64,000 nt of DNA from Parasitella parasitica NRRL 2501 (taxonomy: Eukaryota > Fungi > Mucoromycota): NCBI GenBank assembly GCA_025201805.1, contig MU619258.1, positions 1 to 64,000 on the forward strand, read 5' to 3'. This document shows, piece after piece, positions 9,403-22,415 of this stretch. Within the stretch, counting starts at the first letter, position 1; each line of letters opens with the position of its first letter. The notes beneath the pieces were generated by a model. That model ran no database searches, was not told the DNA's origin, and saw only the letters and a list, made by a program, of their open reading frames with translations. The translations under genes and the position numbers were made by a program.

Positions 9403-9734
9403 ATAAAGTCTTTGTTTCAAATCAGGAAGGTTATCTGTAACACAGATCTGTATGATTGACAAACAATAAGGTACTGTCAGATCAAAGATCAATAACCTTG
9501 TAGTCTAATAATATATCGTACCCTGTTAAGGATATGATGTTGCTTGCAAATTATTCTTATCGATTAGTATCGACTAGTATTTTAAATAAGTCACCAAAAA
9601 TTTATGTGACTGCAAAAAGTATAAATAGCAGATGCAAAGTTGAATCTTTAATAAAGTAATCTCAAGTTTTCGCATCTCGTTAATTCAACGTTTCATATTA
9701 TACTTTTCTTATTTCGATCTTGCAGATCTCAACA
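9403..9734 (+). mobile_element. Older diverged, 5'-truncated member of the 1899-2308 LTR family
   Basis: Colinear with ~2000-2308 (AATAAAGTCT.TGTTTCAAATCA.GAAGGTTAT; AAAAAGTATAAATAGCAGATGCAA) and ends CTCAACA. Confidence 0.8.
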
Positions 9735-10070
9735 GTAGGATGTCTTCCCGACATCCCGCGATCTGATCTAGATGTATTCTTTGAATAAGCCTGGAACCTG
9801 GCAAGAGGTCCAATTACAACTTGTAGCTTATTCCTTATTTGCAAAAGAATTACCAACAATTAATATCATGATCCGTGCATTATGACTAAGTTAGATATGA
9901 CATATGTAGCCTTTATATGGATACAACAATCCAGTTTTAATTATATATCTATTTCGTATATTAAAACAAGATCGTCTCGTATTATAAGAATTGTTTTTTG
10001 TTAATTACTTGGGTAGATACTAATTTTTATTTCCTTAAACTAATTATACTTTTGTGCGTAAACATGGGGC

Positions 10071-10556
10071 ATGATTTATCAGAAAAAAAAGCTATTCAAA
10101 TAAAGCGGTTGTGAATTAATAGGGGAACAATCTCGTTTATTACATGAAAAACATGATGGTTTATATACAACTCCAGTGAATCCAAGTGGAATTGTAGGGC
10201 ATAAGATGTAAATGTGAGCTATAGTTTGATTGAGAATTGGACGTTAGATTGTACTTATTGTTCATGAACATGTCATATTGAACATGATCTATTGAGTTAT
10301 ATTCCTAGTGATTTATCAGAATGAGAAATTATTCAAATAAAACGGCTGTGAATTAATCAGGTAAAGATCTCGTTTATTACATGGAGAAAATGATGTTTTA
10401 TATACTAGTGAATCTAAGTGGGCTGATGGGAGGATAAAATACAAGTGTGAGACATGGTGTGATTTAGAGAATGGAACGATAGATTGCATCTGTTGTCCAT
10501 GAACATGTCATGTTCAGTTATAAATAAGGAACATGATCCATTGGGATATGTTCCTG
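10071..10556 (+). repeat. Two diverged tandem copies of a ~240-bp repeat
   Basis: TGATTTATCAGAA...TATTCAAATAAA.CGG.TGTGAATTAAT...TCTCGTTTATTACATG...CATGAACATGTCAT recurs at ~10072 and ~10309. A third copy is at ~53132. Confidence 0.85.
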
Positions 10557-11436
10557 AATTGTGTTCGGTTGGAAAATTGATACATCAGGGCAAAATGCGA
10601 TTGATTATTTATTTTCAATACATCAAATAGCGAGACGTAATTCCAATCGGCAACTTGGACATTTCTAAGCATGGATCAATATTTAAGAGGTTGGTTTCTT
10701 CTGTGGGTCAATTATATACTACGCAGGAAACCCTACTTTCCCCTCGCTGAAAGGCCATAATCTGTAATATTAATATGATTTCTAATACTGCTGAAGTCCA
10801 AGTCTGTTATCACCGAACAATATTGATATACTTTTAATTGTTGTTTCTTTGGCAACAAACACTTGCCTTTGCTTTCTGTTGTGTTTCGGGAATATGACTG
10901 TGGTTGTTTCTAATCGTTATCTCGTACAAGGAAGTCAACTCATTCGTGCAGCAGATGTTTCAGCACAACACCGATGGAGTTAAAAGTCAACAGTACGCAT
11001 AACAATCCATATTCCAATAACATCAATTTATTCACTGTGTCCGGATAAAAACCCACATGATCTCAACTGGGTTGAACCCCTTTCATCTTGGGCTGAATGA
11101 AGTTGCACTTTGTACCGCATCTCTCATGCCATGCCTTGGTTAATAAATAAAGCTTATAATGCTATCAGGATCTCTTTATTGAAAGAAAATTTGGGCCAGC
11201 GTATGTACTATTTATTTCGTTTTTCAAATAGAATTTGTCTACCGGTTCTATTTTTCGTCAAGCAAATAGGGCATTAATACCCATGTTGCTCTGCTGAATG
11301 ATTAGACTTTCAAGCTGCTTTGCGAACGTGATATTAAATAGAACGAGTATAGTCAAGTATATGATGATAATAGCAACTAATTCAATAAATGCTAATACTC
11401 AATATGGAGTTATATTCTATTGGAAAGAAAAAAAAA

Positions 11437-14400
11437 TTATCTTGTACTCATTCTTCTTGCTCGCGATCTTAATGTATGATCAAAAATGGGCCGTTTGCTT
11501 GTCTTTCTTACTCGCACTGGCTTTGTAGCCGCAAGAGATACAGCGGCTGTAGAGTTTGTAGATTGCATTGCGACCTGTACTTGTGATGATAAACTAGCTT
11601 CAGGCACTATAACGGCAGACAAGTGTCGAGCATGACGTCGATGATTGATCGCAGTAGACTTGGTCTCTTCTGGAATCACGCTATAAGGCGTATGAGCTGT
11701 CAGTGGGCTTTCAACTGCCTCCTTGTCAAAAAATAGAGGCTTAAATGAAGACACAACGGCAACGGAAGCACTCATACGCCGTCTAACTCCATGGCGACTA
11801 TCATAGGAACTAGGAATAGAATGTGGTCCATGACTAAAATCAAAAATGGTAGGACTGGTGCTGCTGCCATCTAGTAAAAGACTGGAGCTATTGTCTCCTT
11901 GAATATTTCGAAGCATCTTGTTTGCCTTCAGATAGATTGAGTCGGCATTGTGGGGTTGCGTTGAAAATGACTGCTGTAATGTAGTACTGACACTAGTTGA
12001 GCGCTGTCTACTCCTCTGCCGATCACTTCTTCGTCTGACTTTGACATCCAATGTATCCTTCTTTAATTTGTCCAAAAGACTATGCAAAATAGCTTTATCG
12101 TCCTCTGCCTCACCAGCTTTTCCTTTTAATGAACCAGCATTACTATTGGCACGCTTTCTCCTCTCTTGTTCTCTTTTCTTTAGCTTTTCAATGCGATCTT
12201 GTTTGAGGCGAACTTCTTTGGAATCTGCAGAGCACTTTTCCCAAGAGTCTGTGAATTCTTTAAATATGCCGAAAAATTCATTGGGTTGCATTTTTTTAGG
12301 ATCTTCGCCATAAAACGCAACAGCTTGATCATAACATTCATTCATTTTTTTCGAGAGCATGCAAACTCGTTTGAATTCAGTTGAGGCTTCTTTAAAGAAT
12401 GCGTGCATGGTTGTAGAGAATTTATCCAACTCAATGCCTTCATCGTGATCTTCTTCCAGCGGATAATGCTCTTGAAGTTCATTTTCCAACTTTTTCATCT
12501 CTGATTCTATTGCTTGATATTCCATGGCCATCTCAGATCGAGACACTTTAGATGCTAAACCACATTCGTCCAGTTCTTCCAAAAATGCCAATACATTGGG
12601 AAAGTTTTTTTCAACAGCATCGACGAGAAAATGGAGTAATGTAGTCGTTTTTGATGTTCCTTTGGTATCGATTAGCTATTTGTGGAAATAAGAATGACTT
12701 GAAAATTGACATGCACATATGGTATGGACATACCTTGTTGATACTAGCTATCTTTATTCCAAATGCTCCACCCCGGTATGTATTGCCATTTAGAAAGTTT
12801 CCGAGCAATAACACCAGCTGTGCAACGTATATTAGTGTGTTGTTCATCTGAAATGGAGATGGACTTACATGTAATAATTCCTTAAAGTTTTTTGCATCCT
12901 TCAATGCCACTGATGCATTATAAACAGAAGTCATTTGCTATGGAAACAAACGCCAATTAGCTGAAAGAAACTGCAGATCATGATAAATAAATACCTTGTG
13001 GAGCACAGTGTACCTTTCCCAAAATGTCGACTTGAAAAGCATGCATTCTAGTCTCTCTTTCAACCATTTTACTTTCAACATCTATCAGCAGTTGTTGAGT
13101 GGCTGTCTAGTATAAAATACAAAGTGTATACAAGTATACCTGAAGGCAGAATTTTTCTGGGATACCCAGCTTTTCAACATCTTCTAATGGTGCATCATTG
13201 TACATTTCAATCTTTTTGGTTTCTTCTTCAGATGGTAAATATTTGAGCAAGTTTAAGATAATCTGCTCGTCCAAAAAATAAGAGTCTAATCGCAAAAAAT
13301 AATATCTTATTTCATCAAAGGGGATATTTTTGGTAATGCTCTTGATGAATATATCTATGGTAAATTTGTCAATAAGAAAACGCTACACAAAAAAAAAGGT
13401 CATCTTACTCATGTTGTATGCTTTTTTAGTGTCCAACAAACGAGTTTCTTGCTTTGGTTGCTTGGCCTTATTCTCGACAGCTGGTTTTTGAGCAAATGTC
13501 AATTCCACATCATCAAAAACACCTGCTTTAGCAAGCTGATATTCCATAATTGAGTCGCTTGATTCCAGCTGTTTATGCAACGATAATTCAATATCCCTTT
13601 CAAACTCATTCCAAATGGTTTGCTGAATGTTTGCAAAATTCATCTTTTCCCATTCCACAAATTTCAACTTTTGTTTGGCTTGAAACGCACTTGGTTTTCT
13701 CCCAGTAACGCCAAGAAATAAAGGCGGAAGAGGTGGTGAAGATGCCGGTGTATTAGTGGTGTTACTATTTGGTGGTGCAAGTGGTGACTGAAGGTCTTTG
13801 GCCAATGGATCAAGTGGATGTGATGTAGACGGTATGCTTGTCAAAGACGAAAATGCAGGAGGTGGTGGTGGAGGTGGAGGAGGTGGTGGTGGAGGTGGTG
13901 GAGGTGGAGGAAGTGGTGGTGGAGGAGGAGGTAGTGAAGATAAAAGTGGTGCTACTGATGGTGATGGGGGCGACGGTGATATTGATGGCGATATTGATGG
14001 TGATAGTGATGGTGATAGTGATTGCGATGGAGGATGTGCCGCTAACGTGCTTTCTGAATAAGGAGTTGGCGCTAATGGAAATACAAATTCTTCAAAAGAA
14101 GCATAGCTTGGAGATGCCGCTAGCTCACCGTCAACCAGTACAGTGAAGGCAGGAGAAGATAATTGTTTTAATTTTTCGTCTCCTGATGGTGCAACTTCAG
14201 CCATAGACATTTTTGATTTTTGGCTCCCCAAAGTACTAGATGTCAAAGACTTTACAATTTCCCCGTCAGATGGTGTTTTGGCTGAGCCAGCAGTACTACA
14301 CTGAGATCTGTTTGTAGCTGTGGAGCTTTTCCGACTAGTACTTGTCAAACTAGGCGATTTTGTCATTGATTTTTTACTAGTAGAGTTATTTGAACCGACA

Positions 14401-16829
14401 GAATTGCCTCGAGATTTGACCTTTGTAACTGGATCCTGGCTATTTTTTCGAACAAAACTACCAATTTTTGATTTGAAAGATTGTTTCAATGATTCCGAAA
14501 ACCCGCCACCAGAGTGTTGATGTGTTTTGTGATTTTCGACAGGTGTTGTTGTTTTAGGTGATGGGATTTTCGGTGGATTATTCACTGCACCCGCAGTCCA
14601 GGAACTTCGTAGAGGGTTCTCAGTCTTTTTCGCGGTGGACTTTCTGCTCAGGGTGGTTTGCGGCGGAGGCTGCTGTCGAGGATGTTGTCGAGGTTGCTGT
14701 TGAGTCTGGGGATTAGGTTGGTGGTTAGGATGTTGTTGAGACTGTTGCTGTTGATTTCTAAAACTACGCCTCTTTGGAGAAGGGTTGCCATATTCTGTAA
14801 GACTACGTATAGAGTCATGTAATTTGCGCATCTTGGTTTCAGTATCTAGGAGCTCTGTCTTGTATTTTTCTTCTGTGCTTTTAAAGAATATCTTGAGCAT
14901 GGCATTGCTCTGTTTTGCCAAGCTAAGATCTTTTTCAAGATATTCAATTTTTGCTTCCAATGAACCTATCACATCATCTGTTCCATCCAAATGAGCCCTT
15001 CCATTATCATCATCTTCTATGATCTGCGAGAATCTGGGTATTAGACTTTGTACATTAAATTCAGGATCCTCAGAATAATGGCTAGTGCGATCCATCGCAA
15101 CTTGTTGAATCAGCGTATCAATCAGCTGATATTGATAGTGGCTATTGAGTGGTTCAGTATTTAAAAGGTCATTGTGCATAACTGTTTGTGTTCTTAATAT
15201 ACCTTTTTTCAGGATTATTTTGGATCTTTAACAAAAAACACAAAATGCTATGCAAATGCTGGTATGCTGGGGTATTTTGAGTTGCTTCTATTAGTAATTG
15301 AATCAACCTGACAGGATCCAAATCATAGTAAGATTCTATTTCTTCCTGAACGGTGTCCGCTTCCATATCATCTCGAAATTTTTGTATCGCCAAATTGATG
15401 TGTTCATGCTTCAATGTGCCCATTTTGAAAAATACATTGCTTATCCCAGCCTGTTCCAATTCGTATCCAAGGAGCAGCCTCTCTTTTCTATCTTCGATCA
15501 AATCAGGTCGAATGAGTGTATTGATGAATAAGACGCTGATGAATATATACTGTGTGATCTGCGAGTCGCCTGCTCCAACCATGCCTGTCATTTTCAAATC
15601 GTTGCTTGCTCCAACTGCAGATCCCATCTTTCCTCTGCCATCTAATGTCTTTTCCAGCGCCTGTATCCAAGCATCAAATCTACTGAAATCAGGCCCATAT
15701 TGTTTCAATAATTCCATGCCATTCAAGACCATAGATCTTCCATTGGGTAAAAAGCAAAATGCCGTTAAAGATTCGCAAGCTTGAGTTCTTGCTGGTATAA
15801 ATGGTGATATAAGAGACACACAGAAATTGTCAATGATACGAGCATGCTTAAATGCTTCTTGTAGCCCAGACTAATATTCTGTTTTAGTATACTAGCAGTA
15901 TCCGCTGCGGTCATTATACCTTTTTGTTCATCAGGGTATCCAAGCATTTTAATATTTCCAATTCAATTTTGTAGTCGTTTTGCGATCTAATTCATACTGG
16001 TTAGACTTATTACACCGTCCCAACTGCTGCGACATGCCTGTTTGGCTTCTTGTGTATTGAGCCTAATTCTTTAGCAAAGATTTGCATACCGCCGTCCTCA
16101 ATAAAACACTCTAACCAACTGAGGATAATTTAGAACAGTAAATAACAAAAAATGGTCTGCTGGTATTTACCTATCGGATGTTCGAACATAGTACGAAACT
16201 TCTAAAATCAGCTCATAGCTTATTCCCTTTTCTCGTTGTTTTAGAAGAATTTTAATGTAGTTTGCAGGTGCCGATTTCTTGGTTGTTGATCTTGATTTTT
16301 TGACAACTACGTGGGGCGTTGCTGGTGATTGTTCATCATTCAAACTCGCAAACTGCTCAGCGCTTAGATCCAACTGCTTCTACAGTGTCAAAGATTTAGT
16401 TACTGTTCAGCTACCCACAGCGCTACATACTGCCACTTCTGTAAATAGGTCTTCTTTTTCATCGTCATCATCTTCAGAATTGGGATGAGAAAAGTCAGTG
16501 TTGATCCATAATTTATCTGGTCTTGAATCGATAAAGGACTCTACTTCAAAGTATGTAAGCTTTTTTTTTTTTTTTTTTTTTGGCTGGCAAATCAAAACAT
16601 GTAACAATGTACCTGAAACATTGTGGGGTTGAGGAGTGTAGTTTGGAAAAGCGTCCAATTTGTATAAGGAAGCTAGCGTGTTTTCTTTCTTGGTATTGCT
16701 GTTTTTTGTGCTGTTGTTAATAATCGGGATACTAGAAACTGAGGATATGGACGTCCTTCTAGGATAGGGCCGTCTACTGTTGGTTTTTCTGGTGTTACGT
16801 TTATTTCCAATGTTGGATATAAAGTCCAT
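11437..16829 (-). CDS. Diaphanous-related formin (GBD/FH3-FH1-FH2-DAD), multi-exon
   Basis: Poly-Pro FH1 (~13860-13930), FH2 motifs KLKFVEWEKM, LLDTKKAYNM, LLLGNFLNG...GAFGIKI and FYGEDPKKMQPNEFFGIF, DAD-like ILHSLLDKL. GT-AG introns; exon limits approximate. Confidence 0.92.
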
Positions 16830-17881
16830 TCTGTTTAATAAATGCTCACACTCTCAAGTGTGGCATGTATTGTATAAAAAAGTGGGAGAAGAGGCAAGAA
16901 GAAGCAGCTACGAAAAAAGGAGAACAATAAATGTGGAAAAAGTTACACATTCTCTCCGTCATTTCAATTTTGTGACATGAGAAAAGTGGTGCACATGTTG
17001 TCTGTTGCAAGAGAGTACATGTCCAGAGATAATGTACATCTCAACATGATGGGACCACATCTTATTCATCTAAAAGTACTATCAAACAGATACCTCTGTA
17101 GGTTTTTCTGGTCTGGAAGCTCTTTCAGACATCCACCACTACTGATACACATTGATTTATTAGTACCGTATCATCATCAGACCAATCTAATCAAGTATCA
17201 ACCCCTTTTCTGTGACATTATCACAGGCTGTACCATGTCTTTTTTGGTCACTGAAAATAGCCGAATGCATCTACCGATCCTGAAAAACTCGTCGTTTTAT
17301 AGCATGGGCATTTAGTCTATGAACAAGCAGCTTTATGGTATAGCTAATGGTTAGACATGTAGTCGATGAATTAAGATAGACCCCAAAATATGCTTCATGT
17401 CGCCGGTCCGGTCGTTTAGTCAAACAAATGTTAAATGTTTAAAGTACCAGTCCACACACATTTAATACATTGTGAATGAATCGCAAGCATAAATTTTTTG
17501 TTTCTGATTCTAATAGCGACATGTATATCAACAAGTTGTTGAGCACAATAAAGCGGTTTTCTTATGATCATTTTGAATGGCTTAATGTATGCTTGTTCTA
17601 TTTTCCTTCTATATTTCGCCATGCTGTTGAGATGATTGTTAAAAATAGCCAATTTTGTCAAGAGTCGCATCATTTGAATTCAAATGCCCTAGATAAAATG
17701 GCAAGACATTTTTAACCTGCGTTGCCTCTGATTGAAAATATTCATCCATTAGAAGAAGCGAAAAAAACTTTATAAAAAAAAAAAAAAAAGTAGTTTATTT
17801 TCTCGATCAAGGGAAAAAGCATACGTGCAATTCACGTTTTGTAAGTGAAAAAAAAAAGAAAAAAAAAAGAAAAAATCATAG

Positions 17882-18203
17882 TTAAGCCAAGAAATATGAG
17901 GCAACAAAAGCGCATCCAAAGATAATAGCTTGCATGAGAATAGTTCCAGTTATACCAGAGCTCAAAGACAAGGCAGCACTGCTTTGAGTATTGGAAGGGG
18001 CAGCAGGGGATGTGTTGGTGGCACTAGCGGCTACAGATGAAGCCTTACTCTGAAGAGACTCAATGGGATTGGCAGCTACACACAATGTGTTTAAAACACG
18101 AGTCATTCAACATTTTGTCTCAATTACCTGAAGAAGTTTGAGCCCGAACAACAGCAATGATGCAGATGATAGCCAAAAAGATAGAGAGGGTCTTGGTATT
18201 CAT
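17882..18203 (-). CDS. Small secreted Ser/Ala-rich, probably GPI-anchored protein (~89 aa, 2 exons)
   Basis: Signal peptide MNTKTLSIFLAIICIIAVVRA, intron 18076-18127, S/A/T-rich body, SSA omega-like site and hydrophobic tail. Confidence 0.75.
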
Positions 18204-19156
18204 TATTATTTTGATAATAAAAAGGTAAAAAGGCACGATTGCAAACGTACAAGTAGCTTTATTTATATCTTTTTTTGGTTTCGTATGATGTAAACTATCG
18301 CATCCTTTGTATACCATCAACATGATATCATTGACAAAAACAGCCATCGGACTTTCCCTAGATAATGATATATCACTTGAACCATATCATGAAAACATTG
18401 CAACATGCTAACCAGGTTTATCAAGTAGCACACGTATCATTTCAGATTTCCAATGCATGAAAATTACGTTGTGTCAATCGGCTGGTGTTGGCACACTTGA
18501 GTTGGCTTGATGAAGGTTGTTGGGTGTACAGAAGGAAAAAAAAAAACTCTGTCAAAAAAATAAAGGGTGAATTGTCAACATATGCTGTACCAGCATCGTA
18601 TGTGTATATATGCAATGCCCAACATTGTTGCTGCCTCCAATGGCAGGCGTATCAGTCTATATAGTGAAAAAATAGAAAAGATCTAAACATTGTACATTTT
18701 TCAGGCACATTTATCTTTTGTAAATGCTCCATCAAGGCATAGGGAATAAAACTTATACACTCCATTTTATCACCATGTGCACCCTGCTTTTCTTTCTTCT
18801 TCCTTCTTGTTCTCCTAATGTGCCCTCTAATGCTTCGCCCCCTTAAAATTCAGCATGTATTCTATTGTTATCGATACCTGACTCGGTTGTTTGTTTCTGT
18901 ATTCAGCACACATCGTTATATTTATTCTTCTTTATGATAAAAGCAACAGCTCACCTTCTTGCAACTCCTTTAATCATCCCCTTTTATCTTGCTTTTTTCC
19001 CGAATAAAACGACCTCCTAAATGAATTCATATTGATTTTTTTCTCTTTTCCTTCTTACTCTCCATTTCAACGTTTGTCATAAGAATAGGTATTTACGCTG
19101 TGCACGAAAACTGCTATTTACACATACTCACTCACAGGCACTATTACTAGCATAAA

Positions 19157-21637
19157 ATGGCAGGCTTTCCTTCATGGGCTATTGCACTGGTTTTGATTAT
19201 AGTGATTGCAGTAGCGTCTGCGACAGTGTATTTGATATTTAGAAAACGAATTGGTAAAAAGCGAACAACAGTAGGAACTCAGGAGGGATCCATTTTTGAA
19301 AAAAGCATCGGCTCCTATCCATCTTCATCTGCTTATCCTGTAAAGCCTTTGATGCAGTTTAATAACGATGCCTCCGTTAGCACGCTAAAGAACAACTCCA
19401 ATACAACCATACCTCTCGCATCAGCACCACACTCGCCCTATACTTACGCCTCACATTTAGAAGAGAAGAGCAGTACGCCTCCACTAGCAATTTCCGTCCC
19501 CGTAAAAGACGACAATGCCTCTTCTGTTTGCACTGATGAAATTAAAATTAACTTGCCTTTGCCTCCTCCAAGCTCGTCCTTCTTTGCAGACAAGATGGAA
19601 CTGGACTCACATGAAGCAAACGACATTTACAACTCATACTTGACGCAGCAGCAGGACTATGTATCTATTGATTTGGACGACTCAAAGCCGTTCTTGTCCT
19701 CTGCAGCTGCAACTATACAGCAAAAGACGGCCACGATTCGCAGTACGCTGCGTCAATCCATGCGCAGGAAATCAACATCCAACAAATCAGCCAACGTTAC
19801 CCCTTTAAATCACTTTTTTGATAACATCAGCACTAATACGAGCACCAGCAGCATTCGATCGCCAACTAAGAGCCCTGCTGAAAGCACTCGCATGAGCAGA
19901 CAATCATCGTCCACGTCGTCAAGGTTCCATCGCTCCACTGCTGCAACGCCATCTCTCCCAACTACCGTCTTGCCTCCACCTTCACCCAGACCTGACTCTC
20001 CCTTGGAGTATTTCAGCCGCAACAGCAGTAAAAAATCACTAGTGCGCCATGAGTCGCCTGAGGAGGAGGAGCCCAATAGCAACAAGATCATGATTGACAC
20101 CATCCCGCCTGAATCGTACTTTAGTTTACCAGTCTCACCAGCAACGCCATCACCACTAAAGCCTGGAGCTACAAAAACGGTTACACCAACGACTCCTTCT
20201 TCCCCGCAGATAATCACCGTAACGACCACCGCCAACACAGACTACTCTATGGTGAATGAAATCAACAAGTACGAAATAGAAGAGACAGACGACGACAGCC
20301 AACATTCAAACGAGGAGGATCAAGACGTTGCTGCCAGCACTGACTCTCCATTGGAAGCGGCATCTGCGGCCCGAAAGATTATCAGATCAGCCTCAAGAAA
20401 GTCTCGCACTCGGTCCATGATCGTCACCGACGAAGCTGCTCATGCCATGTTTTCCAGCTTTGCAAATGGTAAAATGCCATCCACACCAACTTCAAGCGCT
20501 GTATCAAAGTATGCCACAGTGCGAGGGTCGAGTAAGAAATCAGCAGACATAGCTTTGGACATCAAGAATTGGACATCTACAGGTGATAAAGTCAGCGAGA
20601 CAGCTGCAGCATCCCCTAGCACACCGAGTCCAAAAAGATCCCTCATGAGCTCAACTGTGTCTGGATCAGCAACAGTATCTGGAAGAAGAGCATTGAAGTC
20701 GCAGCAGTCAAACTTTGGTCATCAAGGGGGCAGCAGCGACAATCTACTCGCAGGTCAAAGTGAGAGTGCAAAGAGCGCAACACTGGGGAGAAAGTCTGGA
20801 TCTGCTGCCTCAGCGCCAAGCCCAAAGTCTCTAAGAAACCTGTTCACTCGTCCTTTGCAAAATGATGCCAATCAACAAGAAAAAGAAGCAGTAAATAGCA
20901 GCCATCAGCACGATTCTACTGCACAAGTATCGATACCTTCGTCAACTCGCACGTCCTTAAGCATTGTAACAACAAATACTCACAACATGGAAAATAGCAA
21001 TCAAGAGTCTACCCCTGGCTCTCCTATCACAATAGAAGCAACCTCTCCTTATTCGTCTAAAAACAGCACACTCTGTAAGGCGGGTAATAATGTAGATACC
21101 ATTAGAAAAATGCTTCAATCCTCTTGGAGTGGAAACAATCTCAAGGAAAGCGGATCGAGTCATAGTTTATCTTCGTCGTCGGCTGGAGACCGAAATAGTT
21201 CGTATATGGGCAGCATAGGGTCGAGCTATCGACCTGTGGCCTCCCCTTTGGGTAGTGTGAACCCAAGGCTTCAAAACCAACATTTGGTTTCATTGTCGTT
21301 GAAAGCTAGCACAAGTCAAACCACACGTAGTCGACCATCAATGCCAATTGGGTTCATGAATGAAGATACCAGCGCAGAGGGAGGACCGGCTCCAACAGCA
21401 TCATTCTCATCATCAACTGTGCGTACTATGATCCCTGCAGAGGAGGCTGAAGGAGACCAGTCTGGATCAAAAACCCAAGAGAAGAAATCATCAATTGTTG
21501 GCTTACTGGGTTCACGACAACAGAACAGGTCTCATCAACCATCGAAATTGGGAAGTGATACCACCAAAAAGCAACAAACAGGGAAAACGCCAGCTCAGAA
21601 AGAGCGAGAAAAATATCTTAAATCCTTAAAGACCTAA
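19157..21637 (+). CDS. Single-pass membrane protein with a long Ser/Thr-rich disordered cytoplasmic tail, function unknown
   Basis: 826-aa intronless ORF with an N-terminal TM (WAIALVLIIVIAVASATVYLIF) followed by RKR. Confidence 0.8.
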   Translation: MAGFPSWAIALVLIIVIAVASATVYLIFRKRIGKKRTTVGTQEGSIFEKSIGSYPSSSAYPVKPLMQFNNDASVSTLKNNSNTTIPLASAPHSPYTYASHLEEKSSTPPLAISVPVKDDNASSVCTDEIKINLPLPPPSSSFFADKMELDSHEANDIYNSYLTQQQDYVSIDLDDSKPFLSSAAATIQQKTATIRSTLRQSMRRKSTSNKSANVTPLNHFFDNISTNTSTSSIRSPTKSPAESTRMSRQSSSTSSRFHRSTAATPSLPTTVLPPPSPRPDSPLEYFSRNSSKKSLVRHESPEEEEPNSNKIMIDTIPPESYFSLPVSPATPSPLKPGATKTVTPTTPSSPQIITVTTTANTDYSMVNEINKYEIEETDDDSQHSNEEDQDVAASTDSPLEAASAARKIIRSASRKSRTRSMIVTDEAAHAMFSSFANGKMPSTPTSSAVSKYATVRGSSKKSADIALDIKNWTSTGDKVSETAAASPSTPSPKRSLMSSTVSGSATVSGRRALKSQQSNFGHQGGSSDNLLAGQSESAKSATLGRKSGSAASAPSPKSLRNLFTRPLQNDANQQEKEAVNSSHQHDSTAQVSIPSSTRTSLSIVTTNTHNMENSNQESTPGSPITIEATSPYSSKNSTLCKAGNNVDTIRKMLQSSWSGNNLKESGSSHSLSSSSAGDRNSSYMGSIGSSYRPVASPLGSVNPRLQNQHLVSLSLKASTSQTTRSRPSMPIGFMNEDTSAEGGPAPTASFSSSTVRTMIPAEEAEGDQSGSKTQEKKSSIVGLLGSRQQNRSHQPSKLGSDTTKKQQTGKTPAQKEREKYLKSLKT

Positions 21638-22415
21638 ATACATTATTGATAAATAAACTAATTCAAGACAATTGTCGTTTCCAATAAGAGTTGTAGAGCA
21701 ATTCGCTCAGGGGTAAATTTCGATCAGTTGCACAGACTGTTGGAAATACTTTTCTACCCGCTAGGAGTTTCCCCCTGCCCTTAATTCTCGTATTATAAAT
21801 CGAAAATGTACAGTGCCTCTAGTGTCAAAAGACTGGCTGGCTGTCTTTACGAAATATCCACTAAAGCCATCTGTTCTACACGTCTGCTCAATAAGCGCGT
21901 CTGTTCGAATATGACATTTCAAATAGGGAATAGGGTTACAACTTGGATATAAAGAAAGTCAATAACTGGATGAGAGCAAATTTAATGCTGCATTTCAGCT
22001 ACTTTTAATGGTCAAAAAGCTTTAGAATGCGTCAAAATATTTTTATTAAGCCTTCCTTCATTTTGATCTTTTATTAAATCTTTTTTTGCCAGCTAAAAAA
22101 AAACTGTTTCAAGTCAATTTTAAAAAACGGTGATTCTTTCTACATCTATCTTTTCGGTGGAAATGCACCAGATGATAACTGCCAACGCTGGGAAAGCATT
22201 TGGTACGATTTCAAGTACTCAAATTGGTGCAAGTTGGTGTAAATTAGATAATTAAAGGTGCAAAACCAGACTCAGTGACAATTCTAAACATAGTCTTTAC
22301 TCGGAAAGCATTTTAAATGCTTCCAGGGCTATACCGTATTATCGGTTACGTGGAGAGAACACAGGTTTTTCAGTAAATTGCATCGAGAAGCACTGCAAAC
22401 ATTATATTATTTTCT

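Noticed and set aside
10071-10556. CRISPR-like array
   Set aside because: Eukaryotic context, and two long diverged units with no repeat-spacer structure.
13798-14146. Gly-rich and Val/Glu-rich plus-strand ORFs
   Set aside because: Antisense shadows of the formin FH1 poly-proline.
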